Source of the DNA: an uncultured bacterium
GTDB taxonomy: Bacteria > Oederibacteriota > JAAXVQ01
Length of the DNA stretch: 64,000 bases
Assembly (NCBI GenBank): GCA_964604705.1
Contig: CAZSAP010000015.1
Coordinates: forward strand, 1,124-65,123
Direction of reading: 5' to 3'
Shown: piece by piece, positions 9,986-19,853 of the stretch
How the letters are laid out: every line of letters starts with the position of its first letter
How positions within the stretch are numbered: position 1 is the stretch's first letter
Notes under the pieces: generated by a model
What the model saw: only the letters and a program-made list of their open reading frames with translations
Told to the model about the DNA's origin: nothing
Database searches by the model: none
Program-made: the position numbers and the translations under genes

Positions 9986-10171
9986 TGCTTTTCTCCCTCA
10001 CCTGCCGAACGGCAATCATACGCCAGAGCCACGTACAAGCAGATCCAACTCCGGCTTAAACGCGGTTTATTGTAGCATAGTGGTTCTTTATTTTCGCGTA
10101 AATTTAATTTCGCGCCAAAACGGGTTGGCTTCCTCGCGACGCAAGCCTTCCCAGTCTCCCTTTCACTTCAC

Positions 10172-10218
10172 TTTAAACAAAAGACCCTGGTGGAATAATT
10201 CCCAACCAGGGCCTTTTG
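10172..10218 (-). terminator. Hairpin terminator downstream of htrA
   Basis: CCCTGGT/ACCAGGG stem; on the minus strand it is followed by TTTTGTTTAAAG. Confidence 0.4.
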
Positions 10219-10279
10219 ACTCGGTTCGTGCACGCGTAAATTCTTTATTCACTCAATTCGAAAAGGGTTTCAAGACCGG

Positions 10280-11722
10280 CTAATTTTGTGGAACTTTCAT
10301 GGCCACATAAATGGCCGACCCTTCACGCTCAATCAAGACCAACAAATCCCCACCGGGCTTAAGGGACTTCAAGCGCTGCTTGTAATCTTCTACTTTTGTA
10401 ATTTTCTGACGGTTTAATTCGCGGATGATATCCCCAGGCGCTAAACCCGATCCATCGGCCGCACTGTTGGATTCCACGGCGGCAATCACCACGCCGGCCA
10501 AATTGGACACACCTAATTTTTTGCCCCATTCCCGGGTTAACGGTTCAACCGTTATGCCCAACACATTGTCGACGGAACGCTCTTTTTTGGGCAAGGCCTT
10601 TTGACTCAATTTCGCCGGGCGTCGAGCATCGTTTTGATCCCCCAAACGAATACTCAAGTCCATTCGTTTTCCTTCTCTCACTACGGTCACGACCGCCAGC
10701 TCACCCACGGGAACTTGGGCTACAGCGCGTTGCAATTCATTGGGTGCGGTGATGCTACGCCCATTAAACTGAACCATCACATCACCGGTTTTTATACCCC
10801 CGAGTGCCGCGGGACCGTTTTCCACCAACGAACTGACCAAAATACCCTTGCTGTCCTTAATCCCAAAATGAGCGGCCAATTCCGGCGTGAGCGGTTGAAT
10901 CACCACCCCCAGCCAACCTCGGTGCACAGATCCGGTATTAATCAAATCCTTGAAAATACGTGCTGCCAAGTTAATCGGAACCGCAAACCCAATACCCAGC
11001 GAACCTCCCGAAGGACTGAGAATCACCGTATTGATTCCAATTACTTTTCCTTCCATATCCACCAAGGGACCACCGGAATTACCCGGATTAATCGAGGCAT
11101 CGGTTTGTATAAAATCATCGTAGGGCCCTTGTCCGATGGTGCGTCCCTTAGCGCTGATAATGCCTGAAGTTACGGTTTGTTCCAGCCCAAACGGACTTCC
11201 CACCGCCAGCGCCCAATCACCGACCCGAACTTTCTCAACATCGCCCAATTCCGCCACCGGCCAAATACCGTTCCCCTTTATTTTCACCACCGCCAAATCC
11301 GTGGTGGGATCCAAGCCAATGATTTCACCCGGAAACTCACGGCCGTCTTTTAGTTTCACCATGATTTCACTGGCTTTGGCCACCACATGATTGTTGGTCA
11401 ATACATAGCCACGCGGATCAATAATCACACCCGAACCCAGACTGGTCTGTTTTTGCGTCATCTGTCGAGCGGTTTGCGGTCCGTAGAACTGTTCAAAAAA
11501 CTCTTGAATTTGAGGATCCATAAACATTTCATCCGGTATGGATTGACGAACAATGCGCAGAACGCTAATGTTCACCACCGAAGGGGCTATTTTTTCCGCA
11601 ACCGAAGAAAAACTCTCCGGAACCATGCGTACCACACTCTCCGCCCTTCCCCACACGGTCAACCCCATGAGAAAAACCCACATTGCCATGCCCATGGTCA
11701 TCCAGCGTCTTTGGTTGAACAT
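10280..11722 (-). CDS. htrA: Periplasmic serine endoprotease DegP/HtrA family (trypsin domain plus two PDZ domains)
   Basis: Signal peptide. Catalytic triad context TNNHVV, DLAVVKI and GNSGGPLV. Two PDZ-like segments. Confidence 0.9.
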   Translation of the reverse strand: MFNQRRWMTMGMAMWVFLMGLTVWGRAESVVRMVPESFSSVAEKIAPSVVNISVLRIVRQSIPDEMFMDPQIQEFFEQFYGPQTARQMTQKQTSLGSGVIIDPRGYVLTNNHVVAKASEIMVKLKDGREFPGEIIGLDPTTDLAVVKIKGNGIWPVAELGDVEKVRVGDWALAVGSPFGLEQTVTSGIISAKGRTIGQGPYDDFIQTDASINPGNSGGPLVDMEGKVIGINTVILSPSGGSLGIGFAVPINLAARIFKDLINTGSVHRGWLGVVIQPLTPELAAHFGIKDSKGILVSSLVENGPAALGGIKTGDVMVQFNGRSITAPNELQRAVAQVPVGELAVVTVVREGKRMDLSIRLGDQNDARRPAKLSQKALPKKERSVDNVLGITVEPLTREWGKKLGVSNLAGVVIAAVESNSAADGSGLAPGDIIRELNRQKITKVEDYKQRLKSLKPGGDLLVLIEREGSAIYVAMKVPQN

Positions 11723-11857
11723 AATCCCTCCTATGGCATTTCCTTGATTCTATTCGTGCGCCAAAATAGTAACGTGCTTTTCACTCCGTGGCAACCTCTT
11801 CGCGAAAAATATAAGGTTTTTTTTGGACCCCGAGTTTGCGACCCCGGTCTGGCCGCA

Positions 11858-11898
11858 CTAAAAATAAACCCCGGTGCGCGCGAACGCGCGCCCGGGGC
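11858..11898 (-). terminator. Intrinsic terminator downstream of dnaK
   Basis: GC-rich hairpin CCCCGGTGCGCGCG-AA-CGCGCGCCCGGGG, followed on the minus strand by TTTATTTTTAG. Confidence 0.6.
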
Positions 11899-11919
11899 TT
11901 GTACCACTAAGTGCAGAGG

Positions 11920-13833
11920 TCACCGTTTTTTATCATTGATCACCGTATAATCCGCATCTACGGTTTTATCATCCCCCGGTTTGCCTCCCTCTGCGTTATC
12001 GGTGTGCTCAGGTGACTTACCTGAATCCGTGGGACGCGCTTGCTGATACACCTCACTGGACACTTTCTGAAACGCGGTGTTTAGCACAGTCACCGCTTGC
12101 TTGATGGCTTCAACATCCTGCCCTTTCAAGGCATCCTTAACTCCACCCTGCGCCTGAACTACGGCTTGTTTGGCCTCGGCTGGTACCTTATCGCCTAAAT
12201 CCGTTAGGGTTTTTTCAGTTTGATAAACCAATGAATCGGCCTGGTTGCGTGCATCAATAAGCTCGCGTTGCTGGCGATCTTCGGCTGCGTTTTTCTCAGC
12301 ATCTTTTACCATGCGGTCAATCTCTTCTTTGGCCAACCCCGAACTGGCCGTGATGGTTATCTTCTGCTCACGCCCCGTACCCATATCTTTGGCTTTAACG
12401 TGCAAGATGCCGTTGGCATCAATATCAAACGTCACTTCTATTTGAGGAACGCCGCGTGGAGCAGGTGGGATCCCATCCAAGTGAAAGCGCCCGATGGTCT
12501 TGTTGTCCCGAGCCAGTTCACGCTCACCTTGCAACACGTGTACCTCAACCGTATTCTGGTTATCCGCGGCCGTGGAAAACACTTCGCTCTTTTTGGTGGG
12601 AATCGTAGTATTGCGTTCAATTAAGCGCGTGCTCACGCCCCCCAGAGTTTCAATGCCCAACGAGAGCGGGGTCACGTCCAGGAGCAACACATCCTTCACA
12701 TCGCCTTTTAAAACCCCGGCTTGGATCGCAGCCCCGATGGCGACCACTTCATCCGGATTCACACCCTTGTGCGGTTCTTTGCCGAAAAATTTCTTGACGG
12801 TTTCCTGCACCAAGGGCATGCGCGTCATGCCACCCACCAAAATCACTTCGTCAATTTGATCCACCGTGTAGCCCGCATCGGTCAAGGCCTGCTTCAAAGG
12901 AATCAACGTGCGTTCCACCAAAGCACCGGTCAACTGTTCCAACTTGGCCCGGGTCAAAGTCACGTTCAAGTGCTTCGGTCCGGAGGCATCGGCGGTGATA
13001 AACGGCAGATTGATCTCCGACTGCAAGGTCGAGGAAAGCTCGATCTTGGCTTTCTCGCCGCCTTCTTTCAGGCGCTGCAAGGCCATCTTGTCCGAACGCA
13101 AATCAATGCCCTGTTCCTTCTTAAACTCTTCGGCCAGCCAATCGATGATCACCTGATCGAAATCATCGCCGCCCAAGTGCGTGTCGCCGTTGGTGGCCTT
13201 GACTTCAAACACGCCGTCCCCTAAATCCAAAATCGAAATGTCGTACGTACCGCCGCCCAAATCGTACACGGCCACTTTTTCGTTTTTCTTTTTATCCAAA
13301 CCGTAGGCCAGCGAAGCGGCCGTGGGCTCGTTGATAATGCGCAACACATCCAAACCCGCAATCTTGCCGGCATCCTTGGTGGCTTGGCGCTGACTGTCGT
13401 TGAAATACGCCGGCACCGTGATGACGGCTTCCGTGACTTTTTCTCCCAGATAGCTTTCCGCATCGGCCTTGAGCTTCTGCAGAATCATGGCCGAGACTTC
13501 CGGCGGAGCAAATTCCTGACCGTGCGCCACCACGCGCACATCCCCGTTTCCAGCCGCCTTGGTCTTGTAGGGCACGCGGCGTTCCTCATCCTTGGCCTCG
13601 TCAAAACGACGCCCCATGAAGCGCTTGATGGAAAACACCGTGTTCTCCGGATTGGTCACAGCCTGGCGCTTGGCGGTCTGTCCGACCAAACGCTCACCGT
13701 TTTTTGTAAATCCCACCACCGACGGAGTCGTGCGCGCACCCTCCGCATTGGCAATGACCACGGGTTCACCGCCTTGCATCACAGCCACGCATGAATTCGT
13801 GGTTCCTAAGTCAATACCGATTACTTTTGCCAT
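11920..13833 (-). CDS. dnaK: Chaperone DnaK (Hsp70)
   Basis: [26 protein letters not shown], full-length Hsp70 with a C-terminal lid. Start placed at MAKV (13833) rather than the upstream in-frame Met. Confidence 0.95.
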   Translation of the reverse strand: MAKVIGIDLGTTNSCVAVMQGGEPVVIANAEGARTTPSVVGFTKNGERLVGQTAKRQAVTNPENTVFSIKRFMGRRFDEAKDEERRVPYKTKAAGNGDVRVVAHGQEFAPPEVSAMILQKLKADAESYLGEKVTEAVITVPAYFNDSQRQATKDAGKIAGLDVLRIINEPTAASLAYGLDKKKNEKVAVYDLGGGTYDISILDLGDGVFEVKATNGDTHLGGDDFDQVIIDWLAEEFKKEQGIDLRSDKMALQRLKEGGEKAKIELSSTLQSEINLPFITADASGPKHLNVTLTRAKLEQLTGALVERTLIPLKQALTDAGYTVDQIDEVILVGGMTRMPLVQETVKKFFGKEPHKGVNPDEVVAIGAAIQAGVLKGDVKDVLLLDVTPLSLGIETLGGVSTRLIERNTTIPTKKSEVFSTAADNQNTVEVHVLQGERELARDNKTIGRFHLDGIPPAPRGVPQIEVTFDIDANGILHVKAKDMGTGREQKITITASSGLAKEEIDRMVKDAEKNAAEDRQQRELIDARNQADSLVYQTEKTLTDLGDKVPAEAKQAVVQAQGGVKDALKGQDVEAIKQAVTVLNTAFQKVSSEVYQQARPTDSGKSPEHTDNAEGGKPGDDKTVDADYTVINDKKR

Positions 13834-13879
13834 GATAAACATCTCCCTCCAAAATAAAGTTCAGATGCTATCTGATATA

Positions 13880-13895
13880 TGCAAAGCTTGTGCCA
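13880..13895 (-). promoter_or_regulatory. Sigma-54 (-24/-12) promoter driving dnaK
   Basis: Minus strand reads TTGGCACAAGCTTTGCATATAT, an exact TGGCAC-N5-TTGCA consensus. The -12 GC lies about 45 nt upstream of the dnaK ATG. TGAAACA-type direct repeats sit at 13950-14010, and an NtrC-family activator gene is immediately upstream. Confidence 0.6.
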
Positions 13896-14054
13896 AAAGT
13901 TTCAATAAAATTAAACCATTTTAAAATAAGGATTTTTATCCGTTAGCGTGAGTCTGAGGGAAAACAAAATTGATTAAAAGTGAAACAAACGTTAAAAATT
14001 GAAACACAGGCAATTAAGCAGAATCCAACTTTTCAGTTGTGAAACCCAGGGCCG

Positions 14055-15404
14055 TTATTTAAAGTTTTCCAATTGATAGGCTTTGATTTTGCGCCAAAGA
14101 GTAGAGCGACTAATGCCTAAACTCTTGGCGGCCTCGGTTTGGTTACCATCGTATTTAAGGAGTGCGTTCTTAATCTGTTCTTCCTCGGTCTTCTGCAAAG
14201 AAACCACATTGTCGGTCTTGGGTCCGCCAATGGCCAATTGCACACGCTGGAAAATCTGCGGAGGCAATGAGGTCTTATTAATCACATTGTTTTCGGATAA
14301 CAAGACCGCATACTGCACGACGTTTTCCAACTCGCGGATATTTCCCGGATAATCATAATTAATAAGTACGAACAACGCATCGCGGCTGATGGAAATAACA
14401 TTTTGCTTAAAACGCTCGTTGTACTTGGCCAGGAAGTGTTTCAACAACGGCGGAATGTCCTCGCGACGTTCGCGCAACGGTGGGATATGAATGTTAATGA
14501 CATTGAGTCGGTAAAAAAGATCCTCACGGAAACGTCCAGCCTTCACCTCTTCGCGCAAATCTCGGTTGGTGGCCGCCAGCACCCGCACATCCACCTGAAC
14601 CTCGTCGCTCCCGCCCAAGTGGCGAATTTTTCCGTCCTGCAAGACACGCAACAACTTCACCTGCATGGCCGGCGAGATTTCTCCGACTTCATCCAAGAAA
14701 AACGTTCCGCCGTCCGCCTGCTCAAACAAGCCGGACCGGTCCGAGGTGGCTCCGGTAAACGCCCCTTTGCGAAATCCAAACAATTCGGATTCCAATAACG
14801 TCTCGGGAATAGCGCCGCAATTCACCGCAACAAAGGTTTTATCGGCCCGCGGCGAGAGCCGGTGAATGGTGCGCGCGACCATTTCCTTACCCACGCCGGT
14901 TTCCCCGGTAATCAGAATGGATGAGTCCGTCGGGGCCACGCGGGCCGCCAAGAAAAGCACCCGCTGCAAGGCCTCGGATTTGCCCACCACATCCCCGGCG
15001 GTCAGAACCGGAACATCGGCCGGGAGCCAGCGTTCTTCCCCGGCGGCTTCGCGTTCCCATTCGGCCAATACCTGTTGCAAGACTTCTGGGCGCCAGGGCC
15101 AGGTCAGATAAAAATCAGCCCCACGCCGTATCGCCTCGACTGCGCTCCCCAAGGCCGTTTCGGGAACCACAAAAAGCAAGCGATGCGAACCGTGGGCGCG
15201 CAGCAATGAAACCAAATCCATGTCGCCGCCAACGGTTCGAGCATCCAAAACCACCAACGTATATTCCGCAGCCCCAATCTGATGCAGTAGGGCATTTTTC
15301 TCCCGCACTTCGTCGCACGCGTAACGATGATGGGGCACTTGTTCGCGCAAGGTATCTTTAAACGCTCGATCTTCAGAGAAAATTAAAACCCGTTGTACGT
15401 TCAC
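14055..15404 (-). CDS. Sigma-54-dependent transcriptional activator (NtrC family: receiver, AAA+, Fis-type HTH)
   Basis: Walker A GETGVGKE, GAFTGA motif (ESELFGFRKGAFTGA), C-terminal HTH AAKSLGISRSTLWRKIK. N-terminal receiver-like domain. Confidence 0.9.
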   Translation of the reverse strand: MNVQRVLIFSEDRAFKDTLREQVPHHRYACDEVREKNALLHQIGAAEYTLVVLDARTVGGDMDLVSLLRAHGSHRLLFVVPETALGSAVEAIRRGADFYLTWPWRPEVLQQVLAEWEREAAGEERWLPADVPVLTAGDVVGKSEALQRVLFLAARVAPTDSSILITGETGVGKEMVARTIHRLSPRADKTFVAVNCGAIPETLLESELFGFRKGAFTGATSDRSGLFEQADGGTFFLDEVGEISPAMQVKLLRVLQDGKIRHLGGSDEVQVDVRVLAATNRDLREEVKAGRFREDLFYRLNVINIHIPPLRERREDIPPLLKHFLAKYNERFKQNVISISRDALFVLINYDYPGNIRELENVVQYAVLLSENNVINKTSLPPQIFQRVQLAIGGPKTDNVVSLQKTEEEQIKNALLKYDGNQTEAAKSLGISRSTLWRKIKAYQLENFK

Positions 15405-15419
15405 GAATGTGCCCCTCCT

Positions 15420-16058
15420 TTATCCGCGTTTGGTGGTTAACACCCACCAGACAAATTTAGGCAACTGCATAATCCGGCGATACCGCCAAGGTTCCTGCAA
15501 GAGCCGATACAACCATTCCATGCCTATTTTCTGTACCCACTGCGGTGCGCGCTTCAAATCGCCGGCCAACACATCCAGGCAGCCACCCACACCCACCGCC
15601 ACCCGCATGGTCCAACGCTCCCGGTAGCGATCCAAAAAAATCTCCTGCCGCGGCTGCCCCAACGCCACCAACAACAATGCCGCCCCTGAGGTGTTGACGT
15701 CGTGCACCACCGCCAACTCTTCGTCGGGGCGCCAGAATCCATCTCGGACACCGGCGATCTGCAAACCCGGATGCTCCGACTGCAGCCGAATCGCAGCCCG
15801 TGCCGCCACCCCGGGGCGAGCGCCCAACAAATAGACGCTCTGTTGTTCTTGCACACACAGGGCGCATAGCTCTGCGACCAAATCCAATCCGGTCACACGT
15901 TCAACGTCCGTGCCCAGCCAACGACGCAAGGCCCAAACACACCCCACCCCGTCGGCTACCGACTGGTCGGCCCGTCCCAGCACCGCAGCGTATTCCGCAT
16001 TCTCGCGTGCCTGCAACAAGGTCAATGCGTTCAAGGTATACACCAACTGACAGCGCAT
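15420..16058 (-). CDS. WecB/TagA/CpsF family glycosyltransferase (GT26)
   Basis: VGVGGCLDVLAGDLKRAPQWVQKIGMEWLYRLLQEPWRYRR matches the GT26 C-terminal signature. Start placed at MRCQLV (16058) to avoid overlap with galU. Confidence 0.7.
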   Translation of the reverse strand: MRCQLVYTLNALTLLQARENAEYAAVLGRADQSVADGVGCVWALRRWLGTDVERVTGLDLVAELCALCVQEQQSVYLLGARPGVAARAAIRLQSEHPGLQIAGVRDGFWRPDEELAVVHDVNTSGAALLLVALGQPRQEIFLDRYRERWTMRVAVGVGGCLDVLAGDLKRAPQWVQKIGMEWLYRLLQEPWRYRRIMQLPKFVWWVLTTKRG

Positions 16059-16074
16059 GGGAGCCCCGTCCCGA

Positions 16075-16998
16075 TTACAGCTCGCCGTCGTTTTCAACCA
16101 AGGCACGCATAAATTCCATGATGGGCTGGCGTGCATTTTTATCCTGCAGCGCAAAGGCCAGCGTGGCTTTAACAAACTCCACCTTATTGCCAATATCGTG
16201 CCGATGACCTTTTAGCCGTGCGGCATAAATCGGACGCTTGCGGTTCAAACGCCGCAGAGCATCGGTCAATTGGATTTCTCCGCCCCGGCCGGGTTTGGTG
16301 CTTTCCAAAAGCGCAAAAATATCCGGCGTCAACACGTAGCGTCCCACAATCCCCAACTGCGAAGGCGCCTTTTCCGGTGCCGGTTTCTCCACCATGTCCT
16401 TGACCTCAAACAAATCGGCGCTCATGGCTTTAGGCTTAATGATGCCATACGAACTGGTCAGTTCACGGGGCACGTCCAACACACCCAGAACCGGTCCTTG
16501 ATAACGCTTCCATACTTCCAGCAATTGCGATATGGCCGGCGGCTGGGAATCCATAATGTCATCCCCTAAAAACACGGCAAACGGTTCAGAGCCCACAAAG
16601 CTCTTGGCGCACAGTACGGCATGCCCCAACCCCAGAGCATCTTTTTGGCGAACATAATACAAGTTCACCATGGATGAGATGTCACGCACCTGTTTGAGAT
16701 CATGTGCCTTGCCATGGGCTCTTAAATTTTCTTCCAATTCGATGGACCGATCAAAGTGATTTTCTATGGATTGTTTGCCTCGGCCGGTGATAATCAAAAT
16801 ATCTTGAATGCCTGCGGCAACGGCTTCCTCAATCACATATTGGATAGCCGGTTTGTCGTACACGGGTAACATTTCCTTCGGCTGAGCCTTGGTTGCAGGC
16901 AAAAACCGAGTGCCCAGTCCGGCGGCCGGAATTACAGCTTTGGTCACTCTCACGGCCTGTGCGCGCGGGAGAGGTTTTAGCTTTGCTGATCGAGACAT
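16075..16998 (-). CDS. galU: UTP--glucose-1-phosphate uridylyltransferase
   Basis: KAVIPAAGLGTRFLPATKAQPKEMLPV...IITGRGK nucleotidyltransferase signature. Confidence 0.9.
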   Translation of the reverse strand: MSRSAKLKPLPRAQAVRVTKAVIPAAGLGTRFLPATKAQPKEMLPVYDKPAIQYVIEEAVAAGIQDILIITGRGKQSIENHFDRSIELEENLRAHGKAHDLKQVRDISSMVNLYYVRQKDALGLGHAVLCAKSFVGSEPFAVFLGDDIMDSQPPAISQLLEVWKRYQGPVLGVLDVPRELTSSYGIIKPKAMSADLFEVKDMVEKPAPEKAPSQLGIVGRYVLTPDIFALLESTKPGRGGEIQLTDALRRLNRKRPIYAARLKGHRHDIGNKVEFVKATLAFALQDKNARQPIMEFMRALVENDGEL

Positions 16999-18752
16999 AC
17001 ATTTCCTCCATACTTCACCATGGTTGCTTCGACCTCAAGGGTGGTCGAACAAAGCATTACTTTTTCCGCCAAATCCTTGGACTCGGCAAAGCTCAAGCCA
17101 CGAATGCACTGCTTCAACTGCGGAATAAAGGCCGAGACCGTAGAAAATTCGTCCAACCCCAACCCGATCAACAACGAGGTCATGGCCGGATCCGAGGCCA
17201 TCTCACCGCACATGCCCACCCAAATTCGTTCCTGATGCGCGGCCTCAATCACACGCTTAATCAAGCGCAAAATGGCCGGATGCAAAGGATTGTACAGATA
17301 CGCAACCTTTTCGTTGACTCGGTCGGCAGCCAAGGTGTACTGAATGAGATCGTTGGTACCAATGGAGAAAAAATCCGCTTCCTTGGCCAAGACATCCGCC
17401 GTCAACGCCGCCGAAGGCAATTCAATCATGATTCCAATTTCAATATTTTTATCGTACAGCATTCGTTTATGCGTCAATTCGGCCCGAGCCTCATCCAACA
17501 CGGCTTTGGCTTGCCGTAATTCCTCGATCCCCGAGATCATGGGAAACATAATCTTGATCTTGCCAAAGTGCGAAGCCCGAAGAATCGCGCGCAACTGGAC
17601 CTTAAACAACTCCACGTTGTTCAAGCACAGACGAATGGCACGCAACCCCAAAAACGGATTCATTTCCTTCGAGGTGTTGAGCGGCGACAAGAATTTATCC
17701 CCGCCAATATCCAACGTACGAATGATCGTGGCATACGGCAGACTTTGTTGGGCCACCATGCGGTATGCTTCAAACTGCTCCTCTTCGGTGGGCAATTCGG
17801 CACGATTTAAGTATAAAAACTCGGTACGAAACAGACCCACGCCCTCGGCGCCGTACTTCTGAGCCTGCCGGATCTCTTCCGGCAACTCCAAATTGGCCGC
17901 GACCGTGAGTCGGTACCCGTCCTTGGTGACCGCGGTCACGCCCTTCATTTTTTTAAGTTTGCGATTCGCCTGTTGGTACTTCAACTGCGCTTGCTGATAC
18001 TTGGCCAGGGTTTTGGCATCCGGATTCAAGATAACCTCTCCGGCCAACCCGTCGATGATCAACGTATCCCCGTTGACCACATGCTGGGTAATGTCTTTTA
18101 ACCCGACCACCGCGGGTATTTCCAAAGAACGCGCCATGATCGCCACATGGGAGGTCCGCCCGCCCACATCGGTGACAAAACCAATGATTTTCTCGCGGGG
18201 CATGGAGGCGGTTTGCGAGGGTGTTAAATCATGGGACACGATCACAACTTCTTCGTGAATCTCCGAAAGCGGACCTGCCGGTTGCCCTGTCAAATGACGC
18301 ATGAAGCGGGAGGTTACATCGGTTATGTCCGCGGCTCGCTCGCGCATGTATTCGTCCGACGATTCCATGAATTGTTGCACCAGTTCGCGCGTCGTTTCCT
18401 GAAGGGCGAACTCCGCATTGCAATGATCCTTTTTGATCCAATCCTTCGTGGCTTGAATCAAAAGCGGATCCTCAAGGATATGCAAGTACGCATTAAAAAT
18501 CGCAGCCTCTTTAGGGCCTACTTCTTTCGCGACTTTTTGTTTGATGGACTCGATTTCCTGGGAGGTTGCCGTTACAGCTAAGTCCAAGCGGGTCATTTCC
18601 TTGTCCAGTTGCCCTTCGGCGACTTTGTACTTACGCCACTGGAGTTCGGTTTGCCCAATCATGAACACTTTGCCGATGGCAATTCCCGGTGCTGCGGCCA
18701 CGCCCTTGTACACGTAAGACTCCTCTGAACCAAGCATCCGGCAGGGCCGCAA
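16977..18752 (-). CDS. ptsI: Phosphoenolpyruvate-protein phosphotransferase (PTS enzyme I)
   Basis: GGRTSHVAIMARSLEIPAVVG phospho-His region and a PEP-utilising C-terminal domain. Confidence 0.9.
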   Translation of the reverse strand: MRPCRMLGSEESYVYKGVAAAPGIAIGKVFMIGQTELQWRKYKVAEGQLDKEMTRLDLAVTATSQEIESIKQKVAKEVGPKEAAIFNAYLHILEDPLLIQATKDWIKKDHCNAEFALQETTRELVQQFMESSDEYMRERAADITDVTSRFMRHLTGQPAGPLSEIHEEVVIVSHDLTPSQTASMPREKIIGFVTDVGGRTSHVAIMARSLEIPAVVGLKDITQHVVNGDTLIIDGLAGEVILNPDAKTLAKYQQAQLKYQQANRKLKKMKGVTAVTKDGYRLTVAANLELPEEIRQAQKYGAEGVGLFRTEFLYLNRAELPTEEEQFEAYRMVAQQSLPYATIIRTLDIGGDKFLSPLNTSKEMNPFLGLRAIRLCLNNVELFKVQLRAILRASHFGKIKIMFPMISGIEELRQAKAVLDEARAELTHKRMLYDKNIEIGIMIELPSAALTADVLAKEADFFSIGTNDLIQYTLAADRVNEKVAYLYNPLHPAILRLIKRVIEAAHQERIWVGMCGEMASDPAMTSLLIGLGLDEFSTVSAFIPQLKQCIRGLSFAESKDLAEKVMLCSTTLEVEATMVKYGGNVCLDQQS

Positions 18753-18769
18753 GCGGCCGTGCCCAACCG

Positions 18770-19039
18770 TTATTCTTTCTCTCCAAACCGATTCTTCACC
18801 AAAAGCGCCAAGGCTTCACTCGCCTCTTGCTCGCCTTCGCCGTCCGTGATAATGGTAATCGTGGAACCAAAGGTTGCGCCCAAGGTCATCAGACCCATGA
18901 TGCTCTTGGCATTGATGGCGCGCCCTTCCTTGCGTACATGCACCTGACAGCGAAACTTGTTCGCGGTTTCAATAAACCCCGCCGCCGCCCGCAGATGCAT
19001 CCCCAGCTTATTTTCGATTATAACCTCGCGTTCCACCAT
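18770..19039 (-). CDS. ptsH: Phosphocarrier protein HPr
   Basis: 89 aa. GMHLRAA (His15 region) and a regulatory serine region KSIMGLMTLG. Confidence 0.85.
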   Translation of the reverse strand: MVEREVIIENKLGMHLRAAAGFIETANKFRCQVHVRKEGRAINAKSIMGLMTLGATFGSTITIITDGEGEQEASEALALLVKNRFGEKE

Positions 19040-19046
19040 AGTCCCC

Positions 19047-19853
19047 TCATCCTAAATTAAAAAGATACGCGGCGAGCACCGCCAGCACGACCAACAAATA
19101 GATCAAACGACTGACCGACCAACCGCGTCGCAACCCCACCACAAACAGCAGGCCCAACAACGCAAGCAATGCGGTATTTAAACTATTCCAACCCGCCCAG
19201 GCAATGGGTTGCGTGCGCAACTGGAAAAAAGCCGCGGCCAACACACCCGCCGCCATGCTGGCGAATAAGCCCAACTGCTGTGACACGCGCTGGGGATTTA
19301 ATTGCCGCAAGTCCTTTACCACTTCCACACCGCGCGCATAGCCCAACCACAGGCCCCCGATCCGCACATTCAAGTGGAAGAGGGTATACAAACTAAAAAA
19401 CAAGACCGGACCCAACCAGAGCCACTCCCCACCCACCACAAACGCAATCAACACCCAGGCACTTCCAAGCAGGGCCAACATCGGACGCAGGGTGGCCCAA
19501 AACAAGGTATCGCCGAGCGCCGCCAGAGGGCCCATCATCCCCACTTTAATCCGATTCGCATCCGTGGAATCGTAGGTGCCGTTGCTGGTCACTTGCTCTT
19601 CCAGTTTGGCCACCACCCCGAGGATGATCGAAGCGCAGTATGGATGCGTGACAAAAAACTCCAAATGCCGCTTCAAGGCCTTGGCGCGCGTGGCCCGAGA
19701 CGGATACACCACCTTTAAAACCGGTGTCAGGGCGTACGCAAAACCCAGGTTTTGCATCTTTTGAAAATTCCAACACGTCTGTAAAAACAGGGTTCGTCCC
19801 AATACCCGCCAAAGCACCGCACGACTCATCCGGGGACGCACATAGGCTCTCAT
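19047..19853 (-). CDS. PTS mannose/fructose/sorbose family EIID component
   Basis: WNFQKMQNLGFAYAL and THPY motifs of the EIID-Man family. Start placed at MRAYVRP (19853), overlapping the EIIC stop. Confidence 0.75.
   Translation of the reverse strand: MRAYVRPRMSRAVLWRVLGRTLFLQTCWNFQKMQNLGFAYALTPVLKVVYPSRATRAKALKRHLEFFVTHPYCASIILGVVAKLEEQVTSNGTYDSTDANRIKVGMMGPLAALGDTLFWATLRPMLALLGSAWVLIAFVVGGEWLWLGPVLFFSLYTLFHLNVRIGGLWLGYARGVEVVKDLRQLNPQRVSQQLGLFASMAAGVLAAAFFQLRTQPIAWAGWNSLNTALLALLGLLFVVGLRRGWSVSRLIYLLVVLAVLAAYLFNLG

Noticed and set aside
13842-14055. CIRCE/HrcA operator or sigma-32 heat-shock promoter upstream of dnaK
   Set aside because: No TTAGCACTC-N9-GAGTGCTAA-like inverted repeat and no CTTGAAA/CCCCATNT-type element was found. 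The only strong promoter-like element is the sigma-54 consensus.
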